A stretch of 32,000 nucleotides of DNA from a bacterium (GCA_030613005.1 JAUWMV010000005.1:33047-65046), one strand, 5' to 3'; positions 9,588 through 19,279 are shown, counted from the stretch's first letter. The notes: generated by a model from the letters alone, not told the origin. Translations and numbers: made by a program.

Positions 9588-10964
9588 TCATCTAATGCAT
9601 TCTTTAATTATTTTAACCATTCGATCCATATCTTCTCTGTTATACTTATCGGATACTGCTGTTAAAAGAACATTATCCATTCCGGGAAATATTTTTCCTA
9701 ATGCCAGTCCCGGCAAGTAATTTCTATCAGCCGCAGAATGAATTAGCTCTTCAGCATTAACAGGTAGCTTGAGTGCAAACTCTCGGAAGAAATGACCATT
9801 GTATAATAAGGAAATATTATTAATTTCGGTTAATTTAGATACCAAATAATGAGCCCTATCGAAAAGTAATTTTGAAAGATATTTGAAACCTTTAGAGCCA
9901 AGAAGAGCGAGATAAACTGTGGCTCGAAGCGCACATAACTGTTGATTGGTGCATATATTGGATGTAGCTCCTGCTCGTCTAATATGCTGTTCCCTTGTCT
10001 GAAAAGTCATAACAAACCCGCGATTTCCATCGATATCGTTTGTTTGTCCAACAATTCTTCCAGGCATCTGGCGAATGAATTCTCTTCTGGCAGCGAAAAA
10101 ACCCAAATATGGACCACCGAAATTAAGATAGTTACCAAACTGTTGAGCCTCACCGCATACGACATCTGCGTCATATTCCCCTGGTGGTTTTAGTATTCCA
10201 AGACTCATCGGATCTTGAATCGAAATAATGTATAGAGCGCCTTTTTTGTGGACTAATTCAGCAAAGATTGTGCCATCCTCGATAATGCCAAAGAAATTTG
10301 GATTCTGAAGTATGAAACATGCAGTGTTATCGTCGATTAGTCTGCCCAAAGTTTCGGGACAGGTTTGACCTTGTGAACATGTTTCGGTTCCCGGTGACAA
10401 AGGTATTTCAATCGTTTCCACTCCGTAACCATGGATGTATGATTTAATAACTTGCAAATAAAATGGGTTTATCCCACTTGAAACGAGAATTTTCTTTCGA
10501 CCCGTTTTATATATTGCTAAAATAGCTGCCTCAGCCACAGCGGATGCGCCATCATACATGGATGCATTTGCTACATCCATTCCAGTTATACCTGCAATCA
10601 TGGATTGGAATTGAAAGACTGCTGTCAGTGTTCCTTGACTGACTTCCGGTTGATATGGAGTATATGCAGTGTAGAACTCAGGTCTCGAGGATATCTCATC
10701 CACAGCTGCTGGAACGAACATGTCATAGGCACCACCGCCAATAAATTGCTTCATTTGGGAGGCTATGTTTTTTGACGCAAGTCTATCTAATATCTGCGAG
10801 ACTTCAATTTCGGATAATCCTTTTGGTATAGGAAGTTCAGTTTTGTAAAGCAACTCCTCGGGAACCATTTCCGTTAACAGCTCTTTAATAGATGAGAAGC
10901 CAAGCTTTTCCAGCATTATACGTCTATCGTCATCAGTATTTGGTAAAAACGAAAAGGAATTCAT
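9588..10964 (-). CDS. gcvPA: Glycine dehydrogenase (decarboxylating), subunit 1
   Basis: 458 aa with 'FIGGGAYDMFVPAAVDEISSRPEFYTAYTPYQPEVSQGTLTAVFQFQSMIAGITGMDVANASMYDGASA'. Confidence 0.97.
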   Translation of the reverse strand: MNSFSFLPNTDDDRRIMLEKLGFSSIKELLTEMVPEELLYKTELPIPKGLSEIEVSQILDRLASKNIASQMKQFIGGGAYDMFVPAAVDEISSRPEFYTAYTPYQPEVSQGTLTAVFQFQSMIAGITGMDVANASMYDGASAVAEAAILAIYKTGRKKILVSSGINPFYLQVIKSYIHGYGVETIEIPLSPGTETCSQGQTCPETLGRLIDDNTACFILQNPNFFGIIEDGTIFAELVHKKGALYIISIQDPMSLGILKPPGEYDADVVCGEAQQFGNYLNFGGPYLGFFAARREFIRQMPGRIVGQTNDIDGNRGFVMTFQTREQHIRRAGATSNICTNQQLCALRATVYLALLGSKGFKYLSKLLFDRAHYLVSKLTEINNISLLYNGHFFREFALKLPVNAEELIHSAADRNYLPGLALGKIFPGMDNVLLTAVSDKYNREDMDRMVKIIKECIR

Positions 10965-11025
10965 GAGAAACCTTCAATTAGAGGTAAAATTGTTAAAATA
11001 CTCTTATAATAATTTATTCCAGAAA

Positions 11026-11403
11026 TTATTCGCCGATAAGTTCTTTATATTCTTCTGGAGATAGAAGTTCGTCTAATTCCTCTGGTTTGTCCATTTTTAC
11101 AATAACTATCCAGCCCTCGCCATACGGATCTCGGTTAATTATACTCGGTTCTTCAATAATAAGATCATTGATTTCCACAATTTCCCCAGAGATTGGTGTG
11201 TAAAAGTCGGATACTGCTTTTACGGCTTCTATCGTAGCCACAGGTTTGGTTGCGGATACATTTGTTCCAACCTTTGGGAGATCGACGAAAACAATATCGC
11301 CTAACTCACTTTGGGCATATTCAGTTATGCCAATTATTGCTATATCCCTTTCGGTTCTAACCCATTCGTGTTCCTTGGAATAACGAAGATCGTCGGGTAC
11401 CAT
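11026..11403 (-). CDS. gcvH: Glycine cleavage system H protein (lipoyl carrier)
   Basis: 'RYSKEHEWVR...GITEYAQSELGDIVFVDLPKVG...EAVKAVSDFYTPISGEI' includes the lipoyl-lysine region. The ORF track starts at 11415, but ATG 11403 has a strong SD (GGAGGAG, 11407-11413) and is the better start. Confidence 0.96.
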   Translation of the reverse strand: MVPDDLRYSKEHEWVRTERDIAIIGITEYAQSELGDIVFVDLPKVGTNVSATKPVATIEAVKAVSDFYTPISGEIVEINDLIIEEPSIINRDPYGEGWIVIVKMDKPEELDELLSPEEYKELIGE

Positions 11404-11636
11404 TTTCTCCTCCATGTTTTTTGAAATAAGTCAAATACTATTATAAAACCATATAACCAAGAAAAAATAGGCTTACTAAAGCAACATGCAATTACTTTTT
11501 AAGACTTTGATTGGGTTTTAATAACATTATGAAGCACATGTGTTTTAGCTAAGAAATTGTAACTACAAAGGTCATCAAAAAAAAATTAGTTTGAAATAAG
11601 GCGTTTTGGTTGCATCTCTCTTAAAACAACATAAGC

Positions 11637-12305
11637 TCATTCCTTTTTAAGATGTGAAATGAACTTCGCAATTCTTCTGGGAGAGCCAATAAGAATTAAA
11701 TTGTCGTCTTCCTCTAGTTCAGGATTCTCAGAAGGTGGAATGAGTTTAGACAAATCCGGTTGTATATAAACTCTGTGAACGAAAAGAGGAGTTATCCCGT
11801 GCTTTTTCAAAGAAAGCTCAGAAAGAACTTTCCCATGGATATTTATGGGCAATTTAAGACGAACAATGGAGGTTTCACTGTCAAGCTTTATTTGCTCGCT
11901 CTCACCTAACATAATGTATTCACCGATACGTTCGCCCATAATTTGCTCTGGAAGTATAATCCAATTAATACCCATTCTACGCAATATCTCTGCTTGTATT
12001 TCGCTCGATGCTCTAGCAACAATTTCTGTTATACCTAGTTCTCTGAGATATATGCACACTAACATCGATGCATCGAAATTTTCACCGAATCCCACTGCTG
12101 CTCCATCTGGCTTGTATCGATTGATAACTTCTTTGAGAGCTTCCTTATCGCTGCAATCAGCAACTACAGCTTCAGTAACCATATCCTGTATGGCTGCAAC
12201 AGTTTGCTCGTTTTTATCTACTACGATAACTTCCGCACCTAGTTCAACAAGTCTTGTTGCAAGACTTTCGCCATACAATCCGACACCTATGACAATATAT
12301 TTCAT
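11637..12305 (-). CDS. TrkA/KtrA-family potassium uptake regulatory protein (RCK N and C domains)
   Basis: Rossmann start 'MKYIVIGVGLYGESLATRLVELGAEVIVVDKNEQTV', an RCK_C-like C-terminus, and immediate adjacency to a TrkH/KtrB subunit. Confidence 0.93.
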   Translation of the reverse strand: MKYIVIGVGLYGESLATRLVELGAEVIVVDKNEQTVAAIQDMVTEAVVADCSDKEALKEVINRYKPDGAAVGFGENFDASMLVCIYLRELGITEIVARASSEIQAEILRRMGINWIILPEQIMGERIGEYIMLGESEQIKLDSETSIVRLKLPINIHGKVLSELSLKKHGITPLFVHRVYIQPDLSKLIPPSENPELEEDDNLILIGSPRRIAKFISHLKKE

Positions 12306-12320
12306 AAATAGTGCTCCTTT

Positions 12321-14126
12321 TTAACCTATCATAATGTCTTCTTCGGTATATTTTAGTCGGCTTCTCCTGGGATTCATCATAATTGCCGAAAGAAAAGTTA
12401 AAGGTCCTATTCTACCCAAAAGCATTGTAATAATAATAACGATCTTAGAGGGTGTAGAAAGTCCGAACGTTATGCCTGTAGATAATCCAACAGTACCAAG
12501 GGCTGACAGCTGTTCGAACAAAATATTCATAAAAGCAATTTTCGGTTCGAATACTAACAATGCAAATGAACCTATAATTGCAACTGAAAGAGAAAGGAAA
12601 ATAATCAATGCAGCATTATTCATAAGCACCCACGGGATGCTTCTTCCAAACAATCTTAGGTTCTTATTATGTTTGAGCTTGTTTATCACTGCCACAACTA
12701 GCAACCCAAAAGTAGTTGTTTTAACACCACCACCTGTAGAACCGGGGGATGCGCCTATAAACATAAGAAAAATCAATATAAGTAGTGCTGGTGCGGTCAG
12801 TGTTGAAATTTTGACTGTGTTGAATCCAGCTGTTCTTGCTGTTATAGATTGGAAAAAGGATGCGAGCCAACGCTGGTTATTTGTTAAACTTGCCATACTC
12901 GGTTTATTGTGTTCGAGGATGTAAATGGTTATGGCTCCGAATAGTATAAGGATAACAGTTGCGAGAATTACAAATTTAGTGTGAAGGCTAAAATGTGGTT
13001 GCTTAATTTTCTTCTTTTTCGGAGGTAGCTTTATGTAATTCCACAAATCTGTTAGAACAATAAATCCTATACCACCCAATACAACAAGAGTCATCACAAT
13101 GAGAGAACCTGTTGCATTTGTCGCAAATTGAATCGTATTCTTATTCCATAAAGAGAATCCAGCGTTGCAGAAAGAACTTACAGCATGAAATATCGAAAAA
13201 TAAAAAGGATTATGGTTACTCAGATTTACAGAGGGTGTTACGAAATAAAATGCGATCGTGCCAAGAATTTCAAGAGATAGAGTGAAAACTATAATTGCAG
13301 TAATAAGCGACTTTATTTTACTGAAAACTCTTATGTTCATTACATCGCCAAGCACAACTCGTTCTTTTATTCCTATTTCACCTCTAAGAATCAATGCAGA
13401 GAATGTGGCAAAGGTCATCAAACCTAATCCACCGATTTGAATTAATGCGAGAATGACATTATGTCCATATCGAGAGAAGAATGTGCCTGTGGGAACTACA
13501 ATGAGACCTGTAACGCAGGTTGCCGAAGCGGCGGTAAATAAAGCATTAATAAATTTTATTCCGTTCTTTGTTGTAATACTTCCAATTTCGGATGGACTAA
13601 TTGCGCCGGGAAGCAATAGTAGTATGGTTCCCAACGTTATAACCGAAGCGAAACTTAATACAAAGATTAACGGTGGTGAAAGAGGAAGTGAGGTTAATCG
13701 AGCGTTTATTCTTCCCAATTGCGTTAGAAGTTCTATTAATATGAATGCTTGAGCGAATAGGATATATATTTTAGTTAGGTTAACTATACCAAGGCTTTTT
13801 GCAAAATTTATTACTTCTGGGTCATTGAAGAAAAGAAGAATTATAAGAAGTTGCATCGCGAATACAAACAGAATCACAAATCTAAAAGCATTGGCTTTGA
13901 GAAATGCACTCTTATTTGTAGCAGTTGATAATTCAAAAAACGTATGCAAAATAAATGAGCCGATAATGATATAGTCCACAATCTGCCATATAAGGAACCA
14001 GTCGCTGCTCCAAACCTCACCTGCTCTGAGAAGTCCTGGACGAATTACAAGTGAAAAGAAGGCTAAAAAGCCCATAAAGAGCATCCAGCCTTTGATGATT
14101 TTATTTTTTGTAGAATTTATATGCAT
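12321..14126 (-). CDS. TrkH/KtrB-family potassium uptake membrane subunit with extra N-terminal TM region
   Basis: Pore-loop motifs 'AASATCVTGLI', 'VSSFCNAGFSL', 'ITARTAGFNTV' and 'SALGTVGLSTG'. 601 aa, with hydrophobic segments before the conserved core. Confidence 0.93.
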   Translation of the reverse strand: MHINSTKNKIIKGWMLFMGFLAFFSLVIRPGLLRAGEVWSSDWFLIWQIVDYIIIGSFILHTFFELSTATNKSAFLKANAFRFVILFVFAMQLLIILLFFNDPEVINFAKSLGIVNLTKIYILFAQAFILIELLTQLGRINARLTSLPLSPPLIFVLSFASVITLGTILLLLPGAISPSEIGSITTKNGIKFINALFTAASATCVTGLIVVPTGTFFSRYGHNVILALIQIGGLGLMTFATFSALILRGEIGIKERVVLGDVMNIRVFSKIKSLITAIIVFTLSLEILGTIAFYFVTPSVNLSNHNPFYFSIFHAVSSFCNAGFSLWNKNTIQFATNATGSLIVMTLVVLGGIGFIVLTDLWNYIKLPPKKKKIKQPHFSLHTKFVILATVILILFGAITIYILEHNKPSMASLTNNQRWLASFFQSITARTAGFNTVKISTLTAPALLILIFLMFIGASPGSTGGGVKTTTFGLLVVAVINKLKHNKNLRLFGRSIPWVLMNNAALIIFLSLSVAIIGSFALLVFEPKIAFMNILFEQLSALGTVGLSTGITFGLSTPSKIVIIITMLLGRIGPLTFLSAIMMNPRRSRLKYTEEDIMIG

Positions 14127-14218
14127 CCCTTTAATTTATTTTTTTTAACTTGATTTTCAACAATTATCACAGATTATGTTGGATATTCGGCATAAAACAT
14201 ATAAAACACAAGTATTTT

Positions 14219-14253
14219 AGCTGTTTGTTACCACCCAAAATAAAATAACAGCT
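14219..14253. repeat. Inverted repeat AGCTGTT...AACAGCT in the trkH/phoH divergent intergenic region
   Basis: AGCTGTT at 14219-14225 and AACAGCT at 14247-14253, ending at the putative phoH -35 hexamer. Confidence 0.35.
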
Positions 14254-14280
14254 TGATTTATCTATGTTAACAGATATAAT
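14253..14280 (+). promoter_or_regulatory. Putative sigma70-like promoter of the phoH-family gene
   Basis: TTGATT (14253-14258), 16-bp spacer, TATAAT (14275-14280). Confidence 0.5.
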
Positions 14281-14285
14281 TCTTC

Positions 14286-15323
14286 GTGATGAAGTCGAAA
14301 AAAGGAAAGGTTATGACTAATGCTCGAAAAACTGCGTTTTCAGGACGTCCGATAAGAATTTCTACTATTGGAATCGATCAACGACAACTTTTTGGGCTAG
14401 GTGGCGCATATGTTAAGGAAATAGAACTTGAGTTTCCCGTTAGAATTGTTACACGTGGTGATGAGATACAGATATATGGCGAAAAGGAAATTGTTAATCA
14501 GGTTAAGGATGTTTTCGAAGAGATGATCAAACATCTTGCATCTGGTGGATTTGTTTCTGAGCAAACACTTCAATACGCTATTAAAATGAAAAAAGGAGAA
14601 GATAATCTATCATTCACTCCAGAGGACGATAGAATAATTGTTACGAATAGGAAAATCCCTGTTAAGCCTCGAAGTGAAGGTCAACGTAAATATGTCGAAG
14701 CTATTTACAATTGCGATCTTGTGTTTTCTATTGGTCCAGCAGGTACTGGTAAGACATATCTCGCAGTAGCTTGTGCAATTCGTTTTTTAAGGGAGAGGGC
14801 GATTGACCGTATAGTTCTTGTTCGACCAGCGGTTGAAGTGGATGAGAAGCTCGGATTTCTCCCCGGTGATATGAAGGAAAAAATTGATCCATATCTACGT
14901 CCGTTATATGATGCGCTTTACGAGATGCTTCCACGAGGACAGGTGGAACGATATATCGAATCTGGAATTATCGAGATTGCTCCATTAGCATTTATGAGAG
15001 GAAGAACTTTAAATAATGCTTTTATTATTTTAGACGAGGCTCAGAATACAACTATTAGGCAGATGAAGATGTTCCTTACTCGACTTGGAATGAATTCCAA
15101 AACAGTTGTCACTGGGGATATTACACAGACAGATCTTCCAATAGAACAGAAATCGGGTTTGATTAACGCGCGGAAAATATTAGATGAGATTCCAGGTATT
15201 GAAATTGTTTATTTATCCGAGAAGGATGTTGTAAGACATCCGCTGGTTCAAGATATTATACTGGCTTATAGTCGGTGGGAAAATCGCAGTATTCCTACAA
15301 GCGAAGAAAATCAGAAAGAATAA
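14286..15323 (+). CDS. phoH: PhoH-family ATPase
   Basis: Walker A 'FSIGPAGTGKTYLAVACAI', 'RPAVEVDEKLGFLPGDMKEKIDPYLRPLYDAL', Walker B 'AFIILDEAQNTTIRQMKMFLTRLG' and 'VVTGDITQTDLP'. Translation probably starts at ATG 14313. Confidence 0.96.
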   Translation: MMKSKKGKVMTNARKTAFSGRPIRISTIGIDQRQLFGLGGAYVKEIELEFPVRIVTRGDEIQIYGEKEIVNQVKDVFEEMIKHLASGGFVSEQTLQYAIKMKKGEDNLSFTPEDDRIIVTNRKIPVKPRSEGQRKYVEAIYNCDLVFSIGPAGTGKTYLAVACAIRFLRERAIDRIVLVRPAVEVDEKLGFLPGDMKEKIDPYLRPLYDALYEMLPRGQVERYIESGIIEIAPLAFMRGRTLNNAFIILDEAQNTTIRQMKMFLTRLGMNSKTVVTGDITQTDLPIEQKSGLINARKILDEIPGIEIVYLSEKDVVRHPLVQDIILAYSRWENRSIPTSEENQKE

Positions 15324-15457
15324 GATTAATACTAAGGATAAAATTGAACTATATGTAGTTATTGTTATTGAGTGTTAAGTATGAATTGTAATTAATAAAT
15401 CATTAAAACTATGTGGTTTTCCTGCCATATTAAATCTACCTAAGGAGAATTTTATCG

Positions 15458-17221
15458 ATGATTAAGTTAAAACAATTAAATAGTAATATCTTATGGATTG
15501 TTTTACTTATTTGTTTTGCTTCGAGTATGATTTACGGTTCATTAGAGAGGGACATTGAACTTGGAAAGCGTTTTTTAGTTATAAAAAAATATAAAGAAGC
15601 TCTCGATGTTCTCAAACCTCTTTATAACCAAAACCCAGATAATACTCGAATACAAGAACTATTGCTTGAAACGTATAAAGGTCTGAAAGATTACAATGAT
15701 ATAGTAAAAGTAGCCAATGCAATTTTACTGCGTAATCCCAATAATACTGAGGTTCTATTGGAATTGGCGAATGCACACCTTGCACTTAATAATTCCAATG
15801 AGGCATTTAAAACTATTAAGAAAGCCGTAAAATCCAATCCAACGAGCAGACAATTGGTTCAAAAAGTTCACAATTTACTTAATAGCCGAGGATTTATCGA
15901 CGAGGATATTGAATTCATATATGACTCTCGAAAAAGGTTTGATGATAAAAGTTTTATGGCATTGGAAATGGCACGGTTGTATGAGATAAAGGGACGTTTT
16001 GATAAGGCGGTAAATGAATACTCTCTTTATCTTAAACGAAATCCGAATAAATTCTCTGAAGTAGAAAGAAGATTAGAAGTCAGCGAACGCACACCTGAGG
16101 AATTAATCGAACTCCGTAAATCTCTTAATTCCCTTCTTTCTTCGGGAATTCAAAAGTGGTATGCATGGAGATTGATTTCTATTGTCGAGCAGTTGTTGGA
16201 GAATTATGAAAGAGCTTTCGAAGCCATTGTGAAAGCGGAAAAATCCAGAAGTGATAGAAGCAAAGGAACTCTGCTAATAAGATTCATCGAGGTGATGTTG
16301 AGAGATGAACAGTTTAATCTGGTATACAGAGCAGCTTCGGAACTTGAGAGTTTACCAGAAAACAGTTTCACGATTAAAGCATCAATTTACAAAGCTCGGG
16401 CGATGAGAGGACAAGGAAGATTTGCTGAAGCAATACAGCTTCTTAGTGATATACTTAATATCGGGAGTAGAAGAATCGCAGATGATGCCACACTTATTCT
16501 GGCTCAAATTTATCTTGAAAACTTGAAAGATGCGGATAGAGCAGAAAAAATTATTGAAATAAAATATGGAAAATCGGTTCGAGTCCCAGAAGTTGTGCTT
16601 GCTCTGAGAGCTAAGATTCTTCTTTATAAAGAGAACTTCGATACAGCAAGGGAATTTTTACTACAATCCTTTAAATTTTATCAGAAAAGCCCGACTTTGC
16701 ACTACCTGTTTGCAATAACTCATTTTTTTGCCGGTTCAAATGATACTGCAGATGCATCCTTTCACACATTTGTTGTTAACTATCCCAATGATGAGCGTGC
16801 TAACGATGCATTGGAATTGCTTTTGCTACTTCAGGATGCAGGTGAGAGCCTTCCGAAGATCCGTGAAGCATTATATGATATGTTTATTCGAGATACTATA
16901 AATGCATACGAAAAGCTTAATAACATGTTAGCTGATACTTCTGTCTTACGAATAATGGACATTGTCTTATGGAAGAAAGCTCGATGCCAGTTAAATCTTG
17001 ATGATACTACGGTATTTGAGACCTTATCCTTATTAGCTTCGAAATATCCCGAGAGCTTTTATGCCCCACTGGCTTTGGAAAAAATTGCGGATCAAATGGT
17101 TGTATTGGAGCGAATAGATAGCGCAAGCGAGTTATACAATAGAATTGTTAACGAGTATCCAGAAAGTGTGAATATAGAATCTGTACGACAAAAATTACGT
17201 GCTGTTGGCAGAAATCTATAA
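15458..17221 (+). CDS. Tetratricopeptide-repeat protein with N-terminal signal/TM segment
   Basis: 587 aa with repeated helical TPR-like units (e.g. 'PNNTEVLLELANAHLALNNSNEAFKTIKKAVKSNP'), a hydrophobic N-terminus and an AAGGAGA SD upstream. Confidence 0.85.
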   Translation: MIKLKQLNSNILWIVLLICFASSMIYGSLERDIELGKRFLVIKKYKEALDVLKPLYNQNPDNTRIQELLLETYKGLKDYNDIVKVANAILLRNPNNTEVLLELANAHLALNNSNEAFKTIKKAVKSNPTSRQLVQKVHNLLNSRGFIDEDIEFIYDSRKRFDDKSFMALEMARLYEIKGRFDKAVNEYSLYLKRNPNKFSEVERRLEVSERTPEELIELRKSLNSLLSSGIQKWYAWRLISIVEQLLENYERAFEAIVKAEKSRSDRSKGTLLIRFIEVMLRDEQFNLVYRAASELESLPENSFTIKASIYKARAMRGQGRFAEAIQLLSDILNIGSRRIADDATLILAQIYLENLKDADRAEKIIEIKYGKSVRVPEVVLALRAKILLYKENFDTAREFLLQSFKFYQKSPTLHYLFAITHFFAGSNDTADASFHTFVVNYPNDERANDALELLLLLQDAGESLPKIREALYDMFIRDTINAYEKLNNMLADTSVLRIMDIVLWKKARCQLNLDDTTVFETLSLLASKYPESFYAPLALEKIADQMVVLERIDSASELYNRIVNEYPESVNIESVRQKLRAVGRNL

Positions 17222-17310
17222 TATATTTGAATTCAATTGTACACTTTTGAGTAACGAAGATTAGAAGTGTAATAAAATGAGTAATATTTTCTGTTGAATT
17301 GGAGGGAATT

Positions 17311-18726
17311 ATGAATGTATACCAAGACTTAGCAGTACGTCTCGAGTCGGAAGGATTGACTTTTCTAAACTTGCATTATACGGATATATTTAGCGGTTTT
17401 CATACAATTACAGTTCACATTAATGAGTTATCTAAAAATGAAATTTCCAGTGGAGTTGCATTTGACAGTTCCAGTGTTCCGGGGTTCGGGAAAGTCGAAT
17501 CTGGGGATATGGTTTTAAAACCTGATTTTGATACATTTTTCTTAGAAGGTTTTGATAATGAGGATACAGGTGGAGTATTATGCGATATTGTTAATGCTGA
17601 GAATGGTGATCCTATGGATCGTTGTCCCAGAGCTATACTAAGAAGGGCTGAGAAAATATTGAATGAGAAATTGGGTGCTGTAAGCTATTGGCTTCCTGAA
17701 TTGGAATTTTTCCTATTTGATTCTATTTCATATAGTTACAGCGATTTCGGTGCATCTTATAAGGTTAAATTGTTAGAAGTAATGCAGAACGACGGTAAAG
17801 GTGGCAGATATAAAAATCTCGAGAGAAAGGGTGGCTATCATGCGTCCTCGCCAGAAGATCACGGATTCGATTTTAGAAATCATTTGGTGAGTAAATTGGA
17901 AGAGAACGGAATTAATATTAAATATCATCATCACGAGGTTGCTGGTGGACAGCACGAGATTGAACTAATTCCTCAGTTGTCTCTTAAAGCTGCTGATAAT
18001 GTTGTAATGGTAAAATATTTCGCAAAAAAACTCGCAAGTTTTTACGATTCTCCTATTACATTTATGCCGAAACCTCTTAACAATTTCCCCGGTAACGGTA
18101 TGCATTTCCATCAGTGGCTCGCAAAGGATGATGTCTCGTTATTTTGGGATGAGAACGCAGAATATGCGCATATATCTGAACTTGGTAGGAATTATATTGC
18201 AGGTTTATTGTATCATGCACCGGCATTGACTGCATTCACCAATCCGAGTACAAATTCGTTCCGAAGACTTGTTCCGGGTTTTGAAGCACCTACAAAATTG
18301 TTCTATGGGTTAGCAAATAGAGTTGCAGCAATTAGAATACCTAAGTATGTAGACACTCCACAGAAAAAGCGAATCGAATACCGTCCTCCCGATCCTATGG
18401 CTAATTCGTATCTGGCAATTTCGGCTATGATGTTGGCTGGACTCGACGGTATAGCAAAGAAGCTGGATCCTACCGAGTTAGGATATGGACCGTTTGATGA
18501 TGATGTGACTGAATGGAGCGATGACAAGCAGAATAAACTTGATAGTCTGCCTAGTTCACTTACAGGAGCTGCGGATGCACTTTTAAACGATTGTGAATTT
18601 CTAATTAAAGAAGGCGTTTTCCCAGAAAATTTCATTAAGTCGTATGCCATGCAACTTAAAAATGATGAGCTGAAACTTTCTCGATTTGTTACGCCATATG
18701 AAATTGCAATGTATTTTGGAAGATAA
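17311..18726 (+). CDS. glnA: Type I glutamine synthetase
   Basis: 'WLPELEFFLFD', 'VAGGQHEIEL', 'MPKPLNNFPGNGMHFHQWL', 'NPSTNSFRRLVPGFEAPTKLFYGLANR' and 'RIEYRPPDPMANSYLAISAMMLAGLDGI'. The track start is a TTG at 17299; ATG 17311 with SD GGAGGG is the better start. Confidence 0.93.
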   Translation: MNVYQDLAVRLESEGLTFLNLHYTDIFSGFHTITVHINELSKNEISSGVAFDSSSVPGFGKVESGDMVLKPDFDTFFLEGFDNEDTGGVLCDIVNAENGDPMDRCPRAILRRAEKILNEKLGAVSYWLPELEFFLFDSISYSYSDFGASYKVKLLEVMQNDGKGGRYKNLERKGGYHASSPEDHGFDFRNHLVSKLEENGINIKYHHHEVAGGQHEIELIPQLSLKAADNVVMVKYFAKKLASFYDSPITFMPKPLNNFPGNGMHFHQWLAKDDVSLFWDENAEYAHISELGRNYIAGLLYHAPALTAFTNPSTNSFRRLVPGFEAPTKLFYGLANRVAAIRIPKYVDTPQKKRIEYRPPDPMANSYLAISAMMLAGLDGIAKKLDPTELGYGPFDDDVTEWSDDKQNKLDSLPSSLTGAADALLNDCEFLIKEGVFPENFIKSYAMQLKNDELKLSRFVTPYEIAMYFGR

Positions 18727-18761
18727 AAAAAGTTAACTTCTTACGGATCTATAGAGAAAAG

Positions 18762-19260
18762 ATGCTTATAATTATGAACTGTAAGTTATTCTTAATATCT
18801 ATTATAATTTCTATAATTTCCTTCACATTCATTGATGCAGCACAATGGTATATTGATTCAGATAAAACGGGATTTGTAGTAGAAGTTGAATTCTCAGCAA
18901 ATTATTCCATAGATTCTGATGGTTATATTTATCTACCGACAGAAGATGATTCAATCAATTCATTTTCTTCAGAGCCAGATTATAGCGTAAATTCTTCACA
19001 GGTACGGGAAATATTACCCGAAAAGTTTGAATTATCGATTTCGCCAAATCCCTTCAATTCGTTTGTTACGCTAAATTTCTCAAATCCATTCACTGGAATT
19101 ATAGAAATAATCAACATTTTAGTACGAGTAGTTAATTCTGTGAATCTAAACTCATCGGTTAAGACAACTATCGATTTCATAGATCAACCATCGGGTGTAC
19201 TTTATAAAGGCTCACAATGCTCAAAAAACAATTGTTAAAAGAGCATTGCTTTTAAAGTGA
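18762..19260 (+). pseudogene. Shortened and frameshifted T9SS type A-like cargo gene
   Basis: Signal peptide, short linker and sorting-domain-like 'LPEKFELSISPNPFNSFVTLNFSN...IDFIDQPSGV'. The ORF then ends out of frame, while the adjacent frame encodes the expected tail 'VYFIKAHNAQKTIVKRALLLK*' (stop 19258-19260). Confidence 0.7.
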
Positions 19261-19279
19261 TTAAGAAAATAGGATAGAA

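Noticed and set aside
11416-11636. Possible glycine riboswitch upstream of gcvH
   Set aside because: Reading the minus strand by eye, I found no recognisable conserved glycine-aptamer core. The leader is AT-rich with no GC-rich paired architecture. A covariance-model scan would settle it.
11845-12324. 159-aa plus-strand ORF
   Set aside because: Antisense to the TrkA/KtrA-like CDS and low-complexity Ser/Ile-rich, as expected for a reverse-frame artefact.
12334-13752. Plus-strand ORFs opposite the potassium transporter (196, 60 and 99 aa)
   Set aside because: They lie antisense to a clearly conserved TrkH-family CDS, have no recognisable domain and look like coding-strand shadows. The same applies to most other short antisense ORFs in the track.
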